Assembly (NCBI GenBank): GCA_023213395.1
Contig: CM041465.1
Location: 39,315,741 to 39,379,740, forward strand
DNA length: 64,000 nt
DNA from: Cycas panzhihuaensis
Taxonomy: Eukaryota; Plantae; Cycadophyta
Direction: 5' to 3'
The notes under the pieces are model-generated. The model had not been told where the DNA came from. It searched no databases and was given only the letters and a program-made list of their open reading frames with translations. Shown one piece after another: positions 26,585-40,000 of the stretch. The translations under genes and the position numbers were made by a program. How positions within the stretch are numbered: position 1 is the stretch's first letter; the number at the start of each line of letters is the position of its first letter.

Positions 26585-27521
26585 AGTATGAATTTGGTTT
26601 ATTTTTATGAATATAAGTAGGTTTATCTTCTCTAAATTTTTCTTCAATGTTCTTTGCTAATTTAATTACTTCCTGAATAGTTGTCAGATTCAAATTTGAT
26701 TTGAAATTTGATCTATCCTTTCAAACCACTAATATAAGTTTCTATAATACATTCTATTAGAATTGTTCTGAGATTAGACATTGGAGGCTTTGAAACTATT
26801 CCATGTACTCTTGTACCGATCCATTTTGTTGTAGTCATGTTAGTTGGGCAACAATGTTCCATGAGTCTTCATACTAACTAATTAAGCTTGCTTTCAGATT
26901 TTCCCATGTTTCTCGTATGCCTATGTTGGTCTTTAACTACCGGTAGAACCATTTTAATGCTCTTCTATATAAGTGGAGAGATGTTGATATTTTATCTCTT
27001 TGATAGTGCATACACTTTAAAATGTATCTCTATTTGTAATAGTTAGCTATGAATATCTCGTGATCTATATGGGTCAAATTTTTTTAACATGAACTTAGTT
27101 CCTTTAAGACCATGGCTTGCTTGCAGTTTCTTCTGATTTCACCTTGGTCTTAGAATTCTTTAACAACCTCTTGAAAGACTTGTAGTTTCTGTATTGTTGA
27201 TTCTTCTCCCTCTTGTGGGTCTAATTTCTTATTAAGGGTATTGATAGAGACCTGGATGGTTCTGAGAGATTTAATGATTTCCTCGTACATTTTGGTAAAT
27301 GTCTCTTCCTCTTTGTTTTCTACTTTTTCAGTTACTTTTGACTACTGATGCACAATCTTATTCTATTGTAGATTTTTCTTGGATCTCAGCTCCGTTTGGT
27401 GAACTAGAAAAGTTTGAGAAAAGGGTGGGATGGGAGGGAAGGAATATTTATTTTCCCTTTGTGGCAGGGGGGGGGGGTTGCTTCCTCTTTGGAAAGTTCT
27501 TCTCAAGATAGCTTCAACGAA

Positions 27522-27533
27522 GCTTTGATACCA
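27522..27533 (-). promoter_or_regulatory. Primer binding site, initiator tRNA-Met
   Basis: gctttgatacca is the reverse complement of TGGTATCAAAGC, 1 mismatch to canonical TGGTATCAGAGC, 2 nt from the LTR end at 27536. Confidence 0.85.
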
Positions 27534-28465
27534 CTTGGAGTGACAACTTCGCTTGTCTTGGAATTTCCCTAGAAATCTCTTGGATAATAATAATTATGCT
27601 AGAAGACAATAGAATATAGTAGCATTGATTGATATTAATAGTATACCAAAAATATCTTAATAGATGAGAATATCTCCTTAAAAGTCTATGGTTATGGATA
27701 TTAAGTTTATATGCTGGACTGATGAAGCAAGCTTCCCTCTTCGATGTGAGGAAACCTCCAAAATAGCAACCCAAAAAGGCCAAGCAAATTGTAGCTCTAA
27801 GATCGAGCAAATGTTAGGGAATAAGTCACTAAGATGCCTAGGAATGAGGCCTTAGAAACCTGTATATACTTGGCTAATATCTCCTTAATGAAGTTGGATA
27901 GAACCAGGTAAATACTAGGAGTTTAGATTGCATGTAAGTTGGCCAAAATACTAGTATAAAAGTTAGCCAACTAGAGGGTGTTTTGAATTACAACACGGTT
28001 GGTTGTTCCTTTAGTGCTTCAATAAAATAATAAAGAATACAATATCCTTATGTCAGTGTTGTGGTCCAAGGGATTGTAATAATGATCATTGCCCCCAACA
28101 AATTAAGCCTATAAATTCTGTCATAATTGAACTTTCAAGAAATTCTAATCATGAATCTATTCTAGCCTATGTGGCACACACAAGGCAAATGGAAAAAAGA
28201 GAGCATTCCAACCCATAGGAAGAAAAGAATAAGATATAACAACAACAAGAAACCTTTTCCTTACCAACCAAACCTTAAGTGGGACAGAAATCATGTGAAA
28301 CTTATACACCAAACACCTAAATAAGAATAGACACACTTGTGTAGTAAATTCTATAAATAGAAGTCCCAATGAAATTGGCATCGTTGTTGATAAATGATTT
28401 GATAATTGTTGAAATAATGGTTGATCAAGCACACAAGATGGTTGGAGAAAAGGGATGATCACAAA

Positions 28466-29014
28466 TGTTAAACCTTATATTTATATGTTAACCCTATGCA
28501 CTTTATTTTTCATGTAATATTTGTACTTTTATACTTTAGGGGTGACTTATCACTTAAATAATAAAGTGCACACCCACATTCTTTCCTAGTGATATAACAT
28601 TGTCACTAAAGGGTCAAATGGACCCCCATACACTTTTGCTCACTTGAAAGCCTTAAAAGGACATGTCCTACATGTAAGGCATGCACCTTAGATGTTTAAC
28701 ACTTGTCAAACATCCAATATCTTAGGTTTCTCATTTCACTCTATATATTGAGACCTCTCCTCATTGTTCTCATATAGAGTTGGAGCTATATTGTTATGCT
28801 GCCAGTTTGCTAATCAAACTGCTATTTACTTGGAGGTTGGACGAATTTCAACTCCTCATCTTTAGTATCACTTTTTGCTTTTTCTCTTCATAATTGATCT
28901 TGCTCATATTTGATCTCATAGTTTCATTCTTAGTCTAGTTTAATTGCTCTCTAGAATTAAAGTGAATATAGTTTCTAGATCTTGGGATTGTAAGGCCATT
29001 TGGCCATTTTCACA
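28466..29014 (+). repeat. Copia-2 5' LTR (549 bp)
   Basis: TG...CA termini; direct repeat of 35611-36162. Confidence 0.95.
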
Positions 29015-29016
29015 TT

Positions 29017-29028
29017 TGGTATCAGAGC
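29017..29028 (+). promoter_or_regulatory. Primer binding site, initiator tRNA-Met
   Basis: Exact TGGTATCAGAGC 2 nt after the LTR. Confidence 0.95.
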
Positions 29029-31309
29029 TAGAGGTGACTAGTTCCCTCTGTTCTAATTTGTTTTTGCTCAAAGGAGATTCAAAGTAGGTTCTACTACCCC
29101 TTGGTGATGACCTTTGCTCTCCGAAGATGATCTAAGGCATGTTTTAGAATTACAACTATAGATCAAGTTTTGTGGAGTAGTGCTAAAGGCTGGAGAAAGC
29201 GTATTTCTGAAATCTTTTTTTTTTTTAGACTGCCAATTGAGTTTTTGAGCTAGTTTACTCACTTTTTTTTTGTGTTTTTCATCAAAACTAGGTTTTTAAG
29301 CTAATTGTTTCCTTACATTTGGGTTCTTAGCTATTCTCCAGCCATTTGAAGCTCTTAAACTAAATTTACTTGAAGTTTGGGGCCCCCTACAGGTTGTGGA
29401 TTAAATTTTGGTCATTTTTAGCTTTGAAACCCCACTCAAAAAGCATAAAAATTACTGTTTTTCACTATTTTTTCTCATATTAGAATTGGTTGTCCATATC
29501 GACCACGCATGCAGTTGTAGCAGACTCAAGTGAAGAAGTTTTAGTGATTAATATGAGGTTTTAAAACCACAGACAGTCGTATGGCTCTAGTTTTCCTTCT
29601 TAAGAACACACGGCTAGCCATAACTTTAATTACTTGCAACTCTCTGCACACTTAATGAAAAGCCTTAAGATTTTAGAGAGAGCTATATACTACTAGGGTG
29701 CCCATCCTCCTGAATTTTTAGTACAAAAAGATGTCTCTACACGTTGTTCTCATCATCTGCGTGTCCACGGGAGCCGCCCAAGTCTCGTTGCCATAAACGA
29801 CCTTTTTTTATTTTGAAAAATTCAAATCAAACTTTTGAATTTTGAACCTTATGTTATACTTTGAAGAATATTCCTCTAAATATTTTCTTTTACATAAAGT
29901 TCAATTACCTTAAATTCTTATTTAAGTCATTTTTTTATTAGAAAATAATCTTTTTTTTAAAGACAAATCTAGTTTCTTTTGGTGATTTTTTAGATTTTTA
30001 ATCACAGTGACTTCATATTAAGTCAATAGGCTTCATCAAGCTTCTTCTAATAACTCCTCTCATTAAAATATATTATTTTTTAAGTTTTTTTAGTCATTTA
30101 AGATATTTTGGATTAAATGTTTTAAGGAAAAAATCAACTTTATTGTACTTAATGATTTCATCAAGTCACTAAAGTTAAAATAGTTACTTATCTTTGGAGA
30201 TTAAATTTGCTGATTTAAGTCTTCATTCAAGGCTTCCTGTATGGTGATCTTGTCATTCAAAGTTGAAAAAAAATGAAATTTCAGCCTTTAGTTTTTTGAC
30301 TTTTTTTGCCTCATTTAACACTTAATTCAAGTTGTATAAGTGTTAAAAAGTCTTAATAAAGTGATTTTTTAAAAGTGTTAACATCTTGTTAAAGTGATTT
30401 TCATCACTATCTTAACACTTTTTTAAAGGTACCTTGCATGGTGACCTATTTCCCTTCGTCATAAATTGGGGTTCAAAAACATCTTTTCTTAATAAAATCA
30501 CTTTATTTTGTTGATTGTTGGGACTATTTCAAAGTCCCAACATTTGGTGCTTGGCATCTTCAACTTGCTAGTGATTCTTCTCTCTTCTCTTCAAGCATTA
30601 AAAGGAATCCACTTGTATTCATTACACAAAGACTTTATGCTTTGAAGCACTTAGCATCTTCTTTAAAGTGCCACTATTTTCATTATACTTAAGCACTTTA
30701 CTTTACTTAGATTGTATAGTACTCTTTTTTAGATTAAAGTGCTCTTGTAAATCACTCAAGTGATCATTGTAATGTACTTAACTATTTCACCTTGAAGCTC
30801 TTTTATCATTATAAAATTAAGCATCTACATCATCCAAGTAAAACTTACTTTAAAGTCCACTTAAACCTTCTAAAAGTGAACTTTAAAATCAAGTAGGAGA
30901 GACCCGAAAAAGGTTCAAACCTTACCTCTAAAATAACCTTAAGCTTAGTGCATTCTTTACGGGACCAACCAACCATATAGTTAGTGCATGATAATTAAGG
31001 TTTCTTGAGGGAAAGGAGGTTCGAAAATGGTGTTATTGGGGCTGTGAATTCTAGGTAAATCATGGTATGTCTATGCAGATCAACCCTACTTGCCTTGTCT
31101 GAGATTTAACTTGGCCAACTGTTGGATCTTCTCTATAGATTAGGGTTGGATCAACTCCATAGCCTAGTTCTCCACCTCTCATCATTTCATTCAGTTGTTG
31201 GATCTTCTAGTAAGATAAGTACTATTGGTTTTGTTAGAAGGTGGAACTTAAACGACGAAAGCTTTGAGTCTCCAAGTTATCTACTAGCATCAATCCTTAC
31301 AACTTAAAC

Positions 31310-34300
31310 ATGACTGTAATTAATACGCTCAATGCATGTACCATCAGATTAACAGGATAAAATAACTATTAAGAATGGAAAAGGGTCACTCAAAATCTTT
31401 TAATAATGAATGAGTTTTAGGGTTATATTTGTGGAAGGATACATTAACATGTACCTGCTATAAATGATGGTGTAGTTGTTCATCTTGATGATGCTCTTGT
31501 TGCTGCTTGGGAAGTCAAATATGAAATTGCTTTGGCATTTCTTCATATAAACTGATGGTATAGTTGTTCATCTTGATGATGTACTTGTTCCTATTTGGGA
31601 AGCCAAACATAAAATTATTTTGGCATTCTTTCATATAATTATTGATGTTTATGTAGATCAGAATATTATGTGTGCAAAGACTTCTAAGGAAGCATGGAAC
31701 ATTTTGCCCTCCTTGTATGAAAGGCGAGATGAAGCTCATATATTGATGGTAAAAACTAAATTGTATTATGTAAAATTTGTTAAGTCTATGCCAGTTTTTC
31801 TTTCCTCCATTGAGGAGGTATGTAATGAATTAAATACATTAGGTAGTCCTATTTCTAGATATGAGCTTATAACAACAATTGTTAAAGCTTTGCCTAAGGA
31901 CTACAATGGCTTTATTTCTTTCACTACACGAGATGGTTCACTCAAATGAATGTCTTTTAATGAACTTGAAATCTTGTTACTTCAATATGAATAAATTTAT
32001 AATCAAAGACAATGATGACGAAACATCCAGATTAGGCACATTCATGGCTAAATGAAAGGCCAAGCAAAATCCTTAACCTGTACTTTCAAAGCAGTTTGGG
32101 AACATGAGTATTAGTTTTTCAAAGACCAATGTTGTTTGTCATTATTGTGGCAAAGTTGGCCACATAGCATTTGATTATAGGAAGAAACAAGTAGATCTAC
32201 AACATATACAACAACAACAACAGTAGCCACGTCAACAAAATCAAAGATAACAGTAGCCACATTAATAATTCCAACAACGGAGATTTTAACAACAACAATA
32301 GCAACAACCCCCTTGACCAAATCGAGGTGCCTATCAAGGAGGTCAAAGAGGAAGGGGGGATTTTAAAGGTGGTAATCAACGCCACTTCAATCAATTTACA
32401 AATGAGGACAAGCTATTATATGATTATCATATATCCAAGGTTGATCAAACTTGAATCATTGACTCTAGAGCTATTCAACACATGACAGGGAGTGAAGAAC
32501 TCTTTTGCGACATCAAGGAAGGAAAAGGTCAATCAACGACCTTTGGAAACAATGAATTTGTCAAGATTTCTGGCATAGGTACAATCTCTCCATTCTATTC
32601 TCCTTTCAATCCTTCCTCTACATTTCCCAATGGTAATGCCTATTTTATATCTTCTATGGAGAAGAGCTTGCTATCTGTTAGCAAATTGGACAAGCAACAT
32701 ATGAACATTTTGTTCAAGAATGGAAAATGTGTAATAAGTGACAAAAATGACCAGGTAATAGCTATTGGATATGATGATCATGGCCTGTACAAATTAGATG
32801 CTAATAACATAATATTTGATTCTTCTTACTTTGGTTTCATTGTCACTCAAACTTTGTCGAAGATGCAACTTTAGCATCAATGCCTAGGCCATTTGACCTT
32901 ATACTACCTTAAGCAGACAGTGAACAAAAATATGGTACATGGGCTTCCAAAGATGTACGGCACAAAATGTCTTTGTGAAACATGCGTAATGGGGACTCAA
33001 CACCACTTGCTTTTCCCTAAAGGTAAAGCTTGGCATGCATCATATCCTTCGCAATTAATACACTCAGATTTGTGTGGACCTATGTCCACCACATCCTTTG
33101 GAGGAGCTTTGTACGACAACTCTTTTATTGATGATTTCTCCCATAAAGTTTGGGTTTACTTCATCAAGCATAAGTTTGAAGCATTTCAAAAGTTTAAAGA
33201 ATTCAAGCTTGAAGTGGAGAACGAATTTGGACAATCCATCAAAACACTAATGAAAGACAATGGAGGTGAATTTACTTCAAAGGAATTTACTCAATTTTGC
33301 AAGAACAATGGTATTCAGAGACAACTTACTATTCCTCACACTCCTCAACAAAATGGAGTCTTCGAAAGAATGAATAGAACTTTGGCTAACAAAGTCAAAG
33401 CAATGATGCATGCAAAGGGACTTACTCGAGCTTACTGGGTAGAGGCATTCCACACAGCTGCCTATGTGGCAAATCAAAGTCCAACAACAATAGTCACTGA
33501 CATCACACTAGAGGAGGTATGGTCTGGCAAAAAGCCAACTGTTAACCATTTAAGGACTTTTGGGTGCACTGCTTATATGCACATCCCCGATTAGCAAAGA
33601 ACTAAATTAGATAAGCATAGTCTAAAGTGCATCTTTGTAGGTTATGCCATTCATAACAAAGCCTACAAGTTGTATGATCCTATTAGAAAGAAAATGCATC
33701 TCTCAAGAGATATAATTTTTTTTGAAGAAGATCATAAGGAGTTGGATACAACATCCATCTAACCCCCTATTAACAAAGGCAAAAAGATTATTGAGGCTTT
33801 CCTTCCCTCTCAATCTTCAACTCCATGTACATCATCTGCACCTATTGGACTGTCCACTTCATCAGACTTACCTCGCACATCTTTTGTTGATTAACCACTT
33901 AGACCAGAAGATCTTGAGGTTCAAGTCACATCAATAAAAAAGTTTCTCAAATAGTATACTCAAACAGTGCAGGACGACCAGATTGTTGAAGGAAAATGTC
34001 CATCAAGATACAAGCAACAAATTGATTTTGCACTTATGGCTGAAGTGTTATATGTTGATGAGTCTTCAATCTTTGAGGAGGCTTCTAAAAATAAAAATTA
34101 GAAGGTTTCCATGGATGAAGAAATCCATTCTATTGAAAATAATGGAACTTGGGATTTGGTCGAATTGCCTAAACACAAACAGGCAATCAGGTGCAAATGG
34201 ATCTACAAGACCAAATTCTATTCTGATGGTACAATTAAGTGCCAGAAGGCCCACCTTGTGGAAAAAGGGTTTAAACAAAAGGAAGGCATAGACTATGAGG

Positions 34301-35583
34301 AGACTTTTGCCCCAATGGCTAACATGAATATGAATACCATCAGACTCATCTTAGCCTTAGCAACTCAATGCAAATGGCCGATTTTTCAGATGGACGTGAA
34401 GAATGCCTTTCTCAATGGCAATCTTCAATAGGAGGTATACTTAGAGCAACCTCTTAGTTACAAGGTTCAAGGCAAGGAGCATTTAGTTTATCACCTGAAA
34501 AAGGTATTGTATGGCTTGAAACAAGCTCCAAGAGCATGGTACTTAAAGATTGATGATTACTTTTTGAGACATGGGTTTCATCGATCTACTTCAGATCCTA
34601 ATTTATACATCAAAGTTCAGAAAGACCATGCCATTTTTATTGTCTTGTATGTAGATGACTTAGTGATCACATGCAATGACACTAAGATGATACAGATTCT
34701 TTAGGACGATTTGAAGAGGGGTTTTGAGATGACAGATCTTAGACTTCTCCACTATTTCTTAGGCTTTGAGGTATGGCACTAGCTAGGCTATATCTTCATC
34801 TCCCAAGCTAAATATTCTTAGGACATTTTGTAATAGTTCAGGATGCACGACTGCAAGCTAGTGCCTACACCCATGGAGAATGGTACAAAGCTTACTCTTA
34901 ATGAGAAAGCTGAACCAATAGATCCCATATTTTATCGGCAGTTGATTGGGAGTCTCATTTATCTCACCAACACTTGCCCTGATATCTCATTGGCAGTTGG
35001 GATTTACTCTATATACATGTCTCAACCCAATCAAAAGCATTAGACTGTAGCTAAACATATACTCAAAGATATCAAAGGTACAATAAAACATGGCCTTAAG
35101 TATGCACATGATGAGAACTTCACTCTGGAAGGGTTCTCAATTTCTGATTAGGTAGGTTGTTAGGATAATAGGAGATCAACCTTGTGTTACTATTTTATCT
35201 TTGGTTCAACAGTTATTTTGTGGAGTTGCAAGAAGCAACCCAATGTTATCTTATTTTCCACTGAAGCAGAGTACAAATTTGTAGTCAACGCAGCTTGTGA
35301 AGCTATCTAGCTATGACAGATTCTTAGAGAGTTTGGACTTGAGCAGGATCATCTCACCAAGATCTATTACGACAATCAAAGCGTTCTCAAGTTAACCGAG
35401 AATCTTGTCTTTTATGCAAGGACTAAACATGTTGAGGTTCATTATCACTTCATCAAAGAGCATGTGCAAAGTGGTGAGATCAACCTTCAGTATAGATCAA
35501 CAAAACAACAGACGACAAATATCTTTACCAAGCCACTTGGTAGAGAAAAATTTGTAAAATTTAAAGATGGTCTATTGGTATGA
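31310..35583 (+). pseudogene. Copia-2 gag-pol polyprotein, many stops
   Basis: Gag (TSKEAWNIL..., CHYCGKVGH knuckle), protease (IIDSRAIQHMTG), integrase (LIHSDLCGPM, DNGGEF, PQQNGVFER), RT (QMDVKNAFLNG, LYVDDL), RNase H (STEAEY, DNQS). Confidence 0.92.
31465..31640 (+). repeat. 88-bp tandem duplication inside Copia-2 gag
   Basis: tgatgg(t/g)...cttcatataa starts at 31465 and 31553; ~15 differences. Confidence 0.9.
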
Positions 35584-35610
35584 TTTAACATTATAAACAG
35601 TAAGGGGGGG

Positions 35611-36162
35611 TGTTAAACTTTATGTTTACATGTTAAGCCTATGCACTTTATTTTTCATATAATATTTGTATTTTTGTACTTTAGAGATGACTTATCATTT
35701 GAGTGATAAAGTGTACACCCACATTCTTTCTTAGTGATACAACATTATCACTAAAAGGTTGAATGGACCCCCATACACTTTTGCTCACTTGAGAGCCTTA
35801 AAAGGACATATGTCCTTCATGTAAGGCATGTACCTCAGATGTTTGACACTTGTCAAACATCCAATGTCTTAGGTATCTCTTTTCACTCTATATATTGAGA
35901 CCTCTCCTCATTGTTCTCATATAGAGTTAAAGTCAGACAGTTATAATCTTCGGTTTGCTAATCAAACTGCTATTCATTTGGAGGTTGGACCAATTCCAAC
36001 TCTTCATCTTTGGTATCACTTTTTTCTCTTTATTTTCATGCTTGATCTTATTCATATTTGATCTCATAGTTTTATTCTTAGTATAGTTTAATTACTTTCT
36101 AGAACTAGAGTGAATATAGCTTCCAGATCTTGGGATTATAAGGCCATTTGGCCATTTTCATA
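35611..36162 (+). repeat. Copia-2 3' LTR
   Basis: Follows the PPT; direct repeat of the 5' LTR. Confidence 0.95.
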
Positions 36163-37009
36163 CACAAATACCTACAATAATAGTATAAGATCTCCATACA
36201 ATTGAACTAATCATGAATGATCTAAGTGTGGATAACATTCTTAACGATTGACATGTTAGGGCATTAAGAGTACATCAAGATATTGAATTGAGTACCCAAA
36301 TATTAAGTTAAACATTGCAACATACAGTGGTAGGTGAGGGAGCAATGGTCAACATTATACTAGAGGCCACTTGGAGTAAGTTGGGGAAATTAATGACCAC
36401 CACAGTTTCGATTAAGACTTATAGACCAATGTGGAATAGAATCCTTAGGGATGTTAATGGTATAATAAATTCATATTGCAATCATGTGCTTATTATGGAT
36501 TTTATGGTTATCTACATGATAGTAGGAATACCACCATCATATGATACTCTACTTGGATGACCCTAGTTGTGGGCCATATAAGTCATTCAAGATCAGGTGT
36601 GGAATACACTTAGAATTAAGAAAAATAGCATAAGCTATTGGTAAATATAAACCATCATAGCATAAGTGAAGAACTCAGATTCTATTTCCTCAAATGACAA
36701 ATTATATAACGAGGTAGGACTATAAGTAGATTAGATAGAGAATCAAATAATAGGTGAATATTGAGTAGACGCTTTATATTTGGATCCATGTTCAAAGGAC
36801 AAGATATCCTTCTATAGTGGATTATTATCATTATTGTTTGTTCTGTTGAAAATGGTTGCTACATTAAATAAAAAATTATAACCATGATATTGGAACAAAA
36901 AGAAGAAGGGGAGTGAATGTCATCCTTGCCATCCCTTAGATGAGTAGATTAAAAGAAAAATACCCCATTATTGGATGATCATAGAGGCATGTAAGAACTA
37001 ACCACAAAA

Positions 37010-40000
37010 GATTAAATTCTCCTCTGGTCGCCTCCCACATGGGGAGTAACATTTCCCCAAGCCATTGCTCCCATTATTGGGAGGGTCTTTATATAGTTAC
37101 CACCCTTTGTAGGTGGTGGGCTCGATGATAATCAACATAACCAACTAGGTAGTCCTCCCCACTGCTGCTTGGCCAAGGGGGGCTCCCGCCCCCCTTGGAT
37201 CCCCCCAAGGAAGTTTGAGGGGTAAACTGCACTGCCAACCTATCAAAATTTTAGCGTCCAAAATTTTGTTGACACTTTATCTAATATGAATAATGGATAG
37301 CACAAGAATTATGTTTTTAGTTCCACAAGGGTATGCCAAAGGTTCTTGAAACATCACTTCCATGTTAGCTCATTGCAATTAAATCTTTATATAGCATTTA
37401 CTTTGGTAGCCATTCCATCATTCTCCATGAGATGGCGGTGCATATGTGATGTTAAAAAATTTCTGAAGTACATTGTGTGGAAGCAAGCCTAGTTATGCCA
37501 CCATTTATTACCTCCCATGATGGCAAGATTCTTAGTTAATTTTGTCAGGCAACAATTCCATGTTTCCTCTGTAATATGCTATTCAAAGCTTTTTAGGTTA
37601 AATTCCCACTTGATGGCTAGCTACTCCTTCCACCATACAAGGGTCTTGTTGAATAACTATCCCACTTTAGTAAGTCCTTTTTTTAAAAATCTATTTCTTT
37701 CAAACCATTGGATTTGGCCAAGACATTTATCATCTCTTTAAAAGTGATGACCATAAAATCAAATGATTTGGAAAGGATAGAGCTTGACACATTACTCCTA
37801 AGCCTTTACAAGTTTTCAATCTAGTCTAGATGGATTTGAATAAGGGCGAACCTGCTACCTTAACTTGCATTAGCATAGTTAGGGCACCCTACACAAATAG
37901 AGAAAATATGAGCTTTTTATATATACTATCTTATACTACATTGTGTCTAATTAGGGCTTTCCAGGGCTCATCACCATCCATAACTTTGACAAGCCTCTTG
38001 GTGCAAAGTGCTTGACCTTCAAGTTTGATATCAATGGGGCTAAGCCCTCCCTAGTGTTTAGGCTTGTAATGATTTTGTCAATTGACCTTTCCAAATCCTC
38101 TCTTTCCTTTGAGGTAAGTTATATGCACTCCAATGAGCCTATCGTAAGTGGCATCGGAGGGCATCCAACATGAAGACTAGTAAACATGTGTTGTTACTAG
38201 GACTTTGGATCATATTTGATATTTCTTTGCTGTGGATAAAACCTTGGATGACTATGAGGTGAGCTTCTTACCCACCTAGCTTAGAATATATTCCCATATA
38301 TCTTTCTCGGAAGCACTAAAACCAAAGGGAATATCAGGGTATGTGAAGACCTAACTGGGATTGATCCATTACCATTCGTATAAAGCCAACCAATCTAGTA
38401 CTTTGGTTGTTGATTGCAAGTAGCAAACAATCTTCCTCATGTTAATTTTGGATCTTGAGGTTGTATAAAAAACAACTGCGTTTATGACTTGGTTAACTAA
38501 AGAGGGATATACCTTAATAGTGAGGAATGTCTCATATGCAAAATGACTGTTGATCAGTTGTCTATCACCCCCCCCTCCTTAGGGCAGTGAGATGCCTCTA
38601 GGTAGCCCAATGTCAACATTCTTTTGGAGAAAATATCCTAGCATATCAATAACCAATAATAAAAGTGATAGGGCAAGCGTACAACCTTCATGAACCTATC
38701 TTTGGAGATGTTCTAGGTTAGTTAAGGCACCATTCACAAGGACTTTAGTAGTGGCATCTATAAAGAGGGTTTTGACCATTTTTAAGAATCTCTTACCAAA
38801 CCCTATTTCATGTAGAAGATCTAAAATATATCCCTACTCTACAAGGTCATAAACATTCTCAACGTCCAACTTTAGAAATATGTTTATTATCCCATGGATT
38901 TAGCCCATTCCATGCCTATTGGAACACCTATTATGTTGTAAAGAATGAATCTCCCCTTAATAAAGCTTGTTTGCTTAGGCTGAATAATTTTCATGAGAAT
39001 GCTTTTGATATGTAAGGCAAGTGCCTTCACCAGAATTTTATATGATACATTTAATAATGTTATAGGACTCCATTTAGAAACAACTTCTAGCTCTCCACCT
39101 TTCGGGATGAGCTTGGTTGAACCTTGGTTGATAATTTTCCTTAGTGTCTTGACCTGGATTGCTTCCAGGTACACTTTGAGTAGGATAGACCCAATGAATT
39201 CCCAAGTGGCCTTATAGAATTCACAAGGGAAACGATGTAGGCTTGTGGACTTATCATTGGCCATTAGATACCTTTCTTGGAATGGCTAATAGGCACTCTT
39301 TGTGGTATCTTCCACACTTGACAGATGGGATTGCACTTTGAAAACTTGGGAGAAATAAGTGATTAACTAGTTCATTTGAAATCTCCTACATGGATGTCCA
39401 TCTCTTATACTTGATCTTTATGGCATTTATTTTTTCATTGCTTTGTTTGTGCTTTAAGGATTGAGAAAATAATTTTAAACACTTATTGGCCTCCTTGATA
39501 TAATGCATCCTTGCTTTGATTTTTTCCTATTGTGCTTTTCAAAATTTACATGCCTTTAAATCATCAAACAACTTTGCAACCAACTTCTGCTTGCTTTCAT
39601 CTAATGGTTTTCTCTCAAGCTCTTATCTAACTTATATGAGCTCCCTAGTGTTGGAGATATCCAATATTCTCCTTGTAAGAGCCACCTACCTTTGTATCAT
39701 TAAAGGAAAGAAGCTGTGTCAACAATTGCTTCTTCCCACTAGGCAATCCATCCCATATTTATAATTGGTTATAGGTTGAGGATTTAGACTTGTTGAATGT
39801 TAGAGATACATAGCTTAGATTTGAGATGAGGGTGTTCAACTTAATTGAACAACTGGGATTAACTCTCTCTCCCCCCACCAAGTGATGCTAAAGTTGATGG
39901 GATGATGGTTTGATAGAAGGGTATTATTTATAACTTTGACTAGTTGGGGGTGCCCTTGAGCAAACTTGAAGTGACCAATGGAGGATAACATTACCCTATC

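Larger units (their letters stand above)
14705..27995 (-). mobile_element. Chromovirus-like Ty3/Gypsy 5' half (LTR, PBS, gag, protease), split by Copia-1
   Basis: Minus-strand protease IKGTPVTILIDSGSTPNFI (~14860-14800) and Gag knuckle KKGTCFECKGKWSREHQ (~15110-15062). Gag continues 26585-~27480; PBS at 27522-27533; probable LTR 27536-27995. Confidence 0.75.
28466..36162 (+). mobile_element. Full-length Ty1/Copia element (Copia-2) with long 5' leader, degenerate
   Basis: LTRs 28466-29014 and 35611-36162 (~10% divergent). Perfect PBS TGGTATCAGAGC at 29017-29028; PPT aaggggggg before 35611; CACAAA on both flanks. gag-pol ~31310-35583. Confidence 0.95.
27996..36950 (+). mobile_element. Highly decayed Ty3/Gypsy gag-protease remnant hosting Copia-2 (27996-28465 and 36163-~36950)
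   Basis: ORF 36315..36560 (VVGEGAMVNIILEATWSKLGK...SYDTLLG*P*L) resembles the protease of copies B and D; a Cys/His knuckle-like stretch lies at ~28030. Confidence 0.55.

Noticed and set aside
32111-32394. Hydrophobic poly-Val and poly-Leu minus-strand ORFs as membrane proteins
   Set aside because: Antisense reading of the (CAA)n Gln tract in Copia-2 gag.
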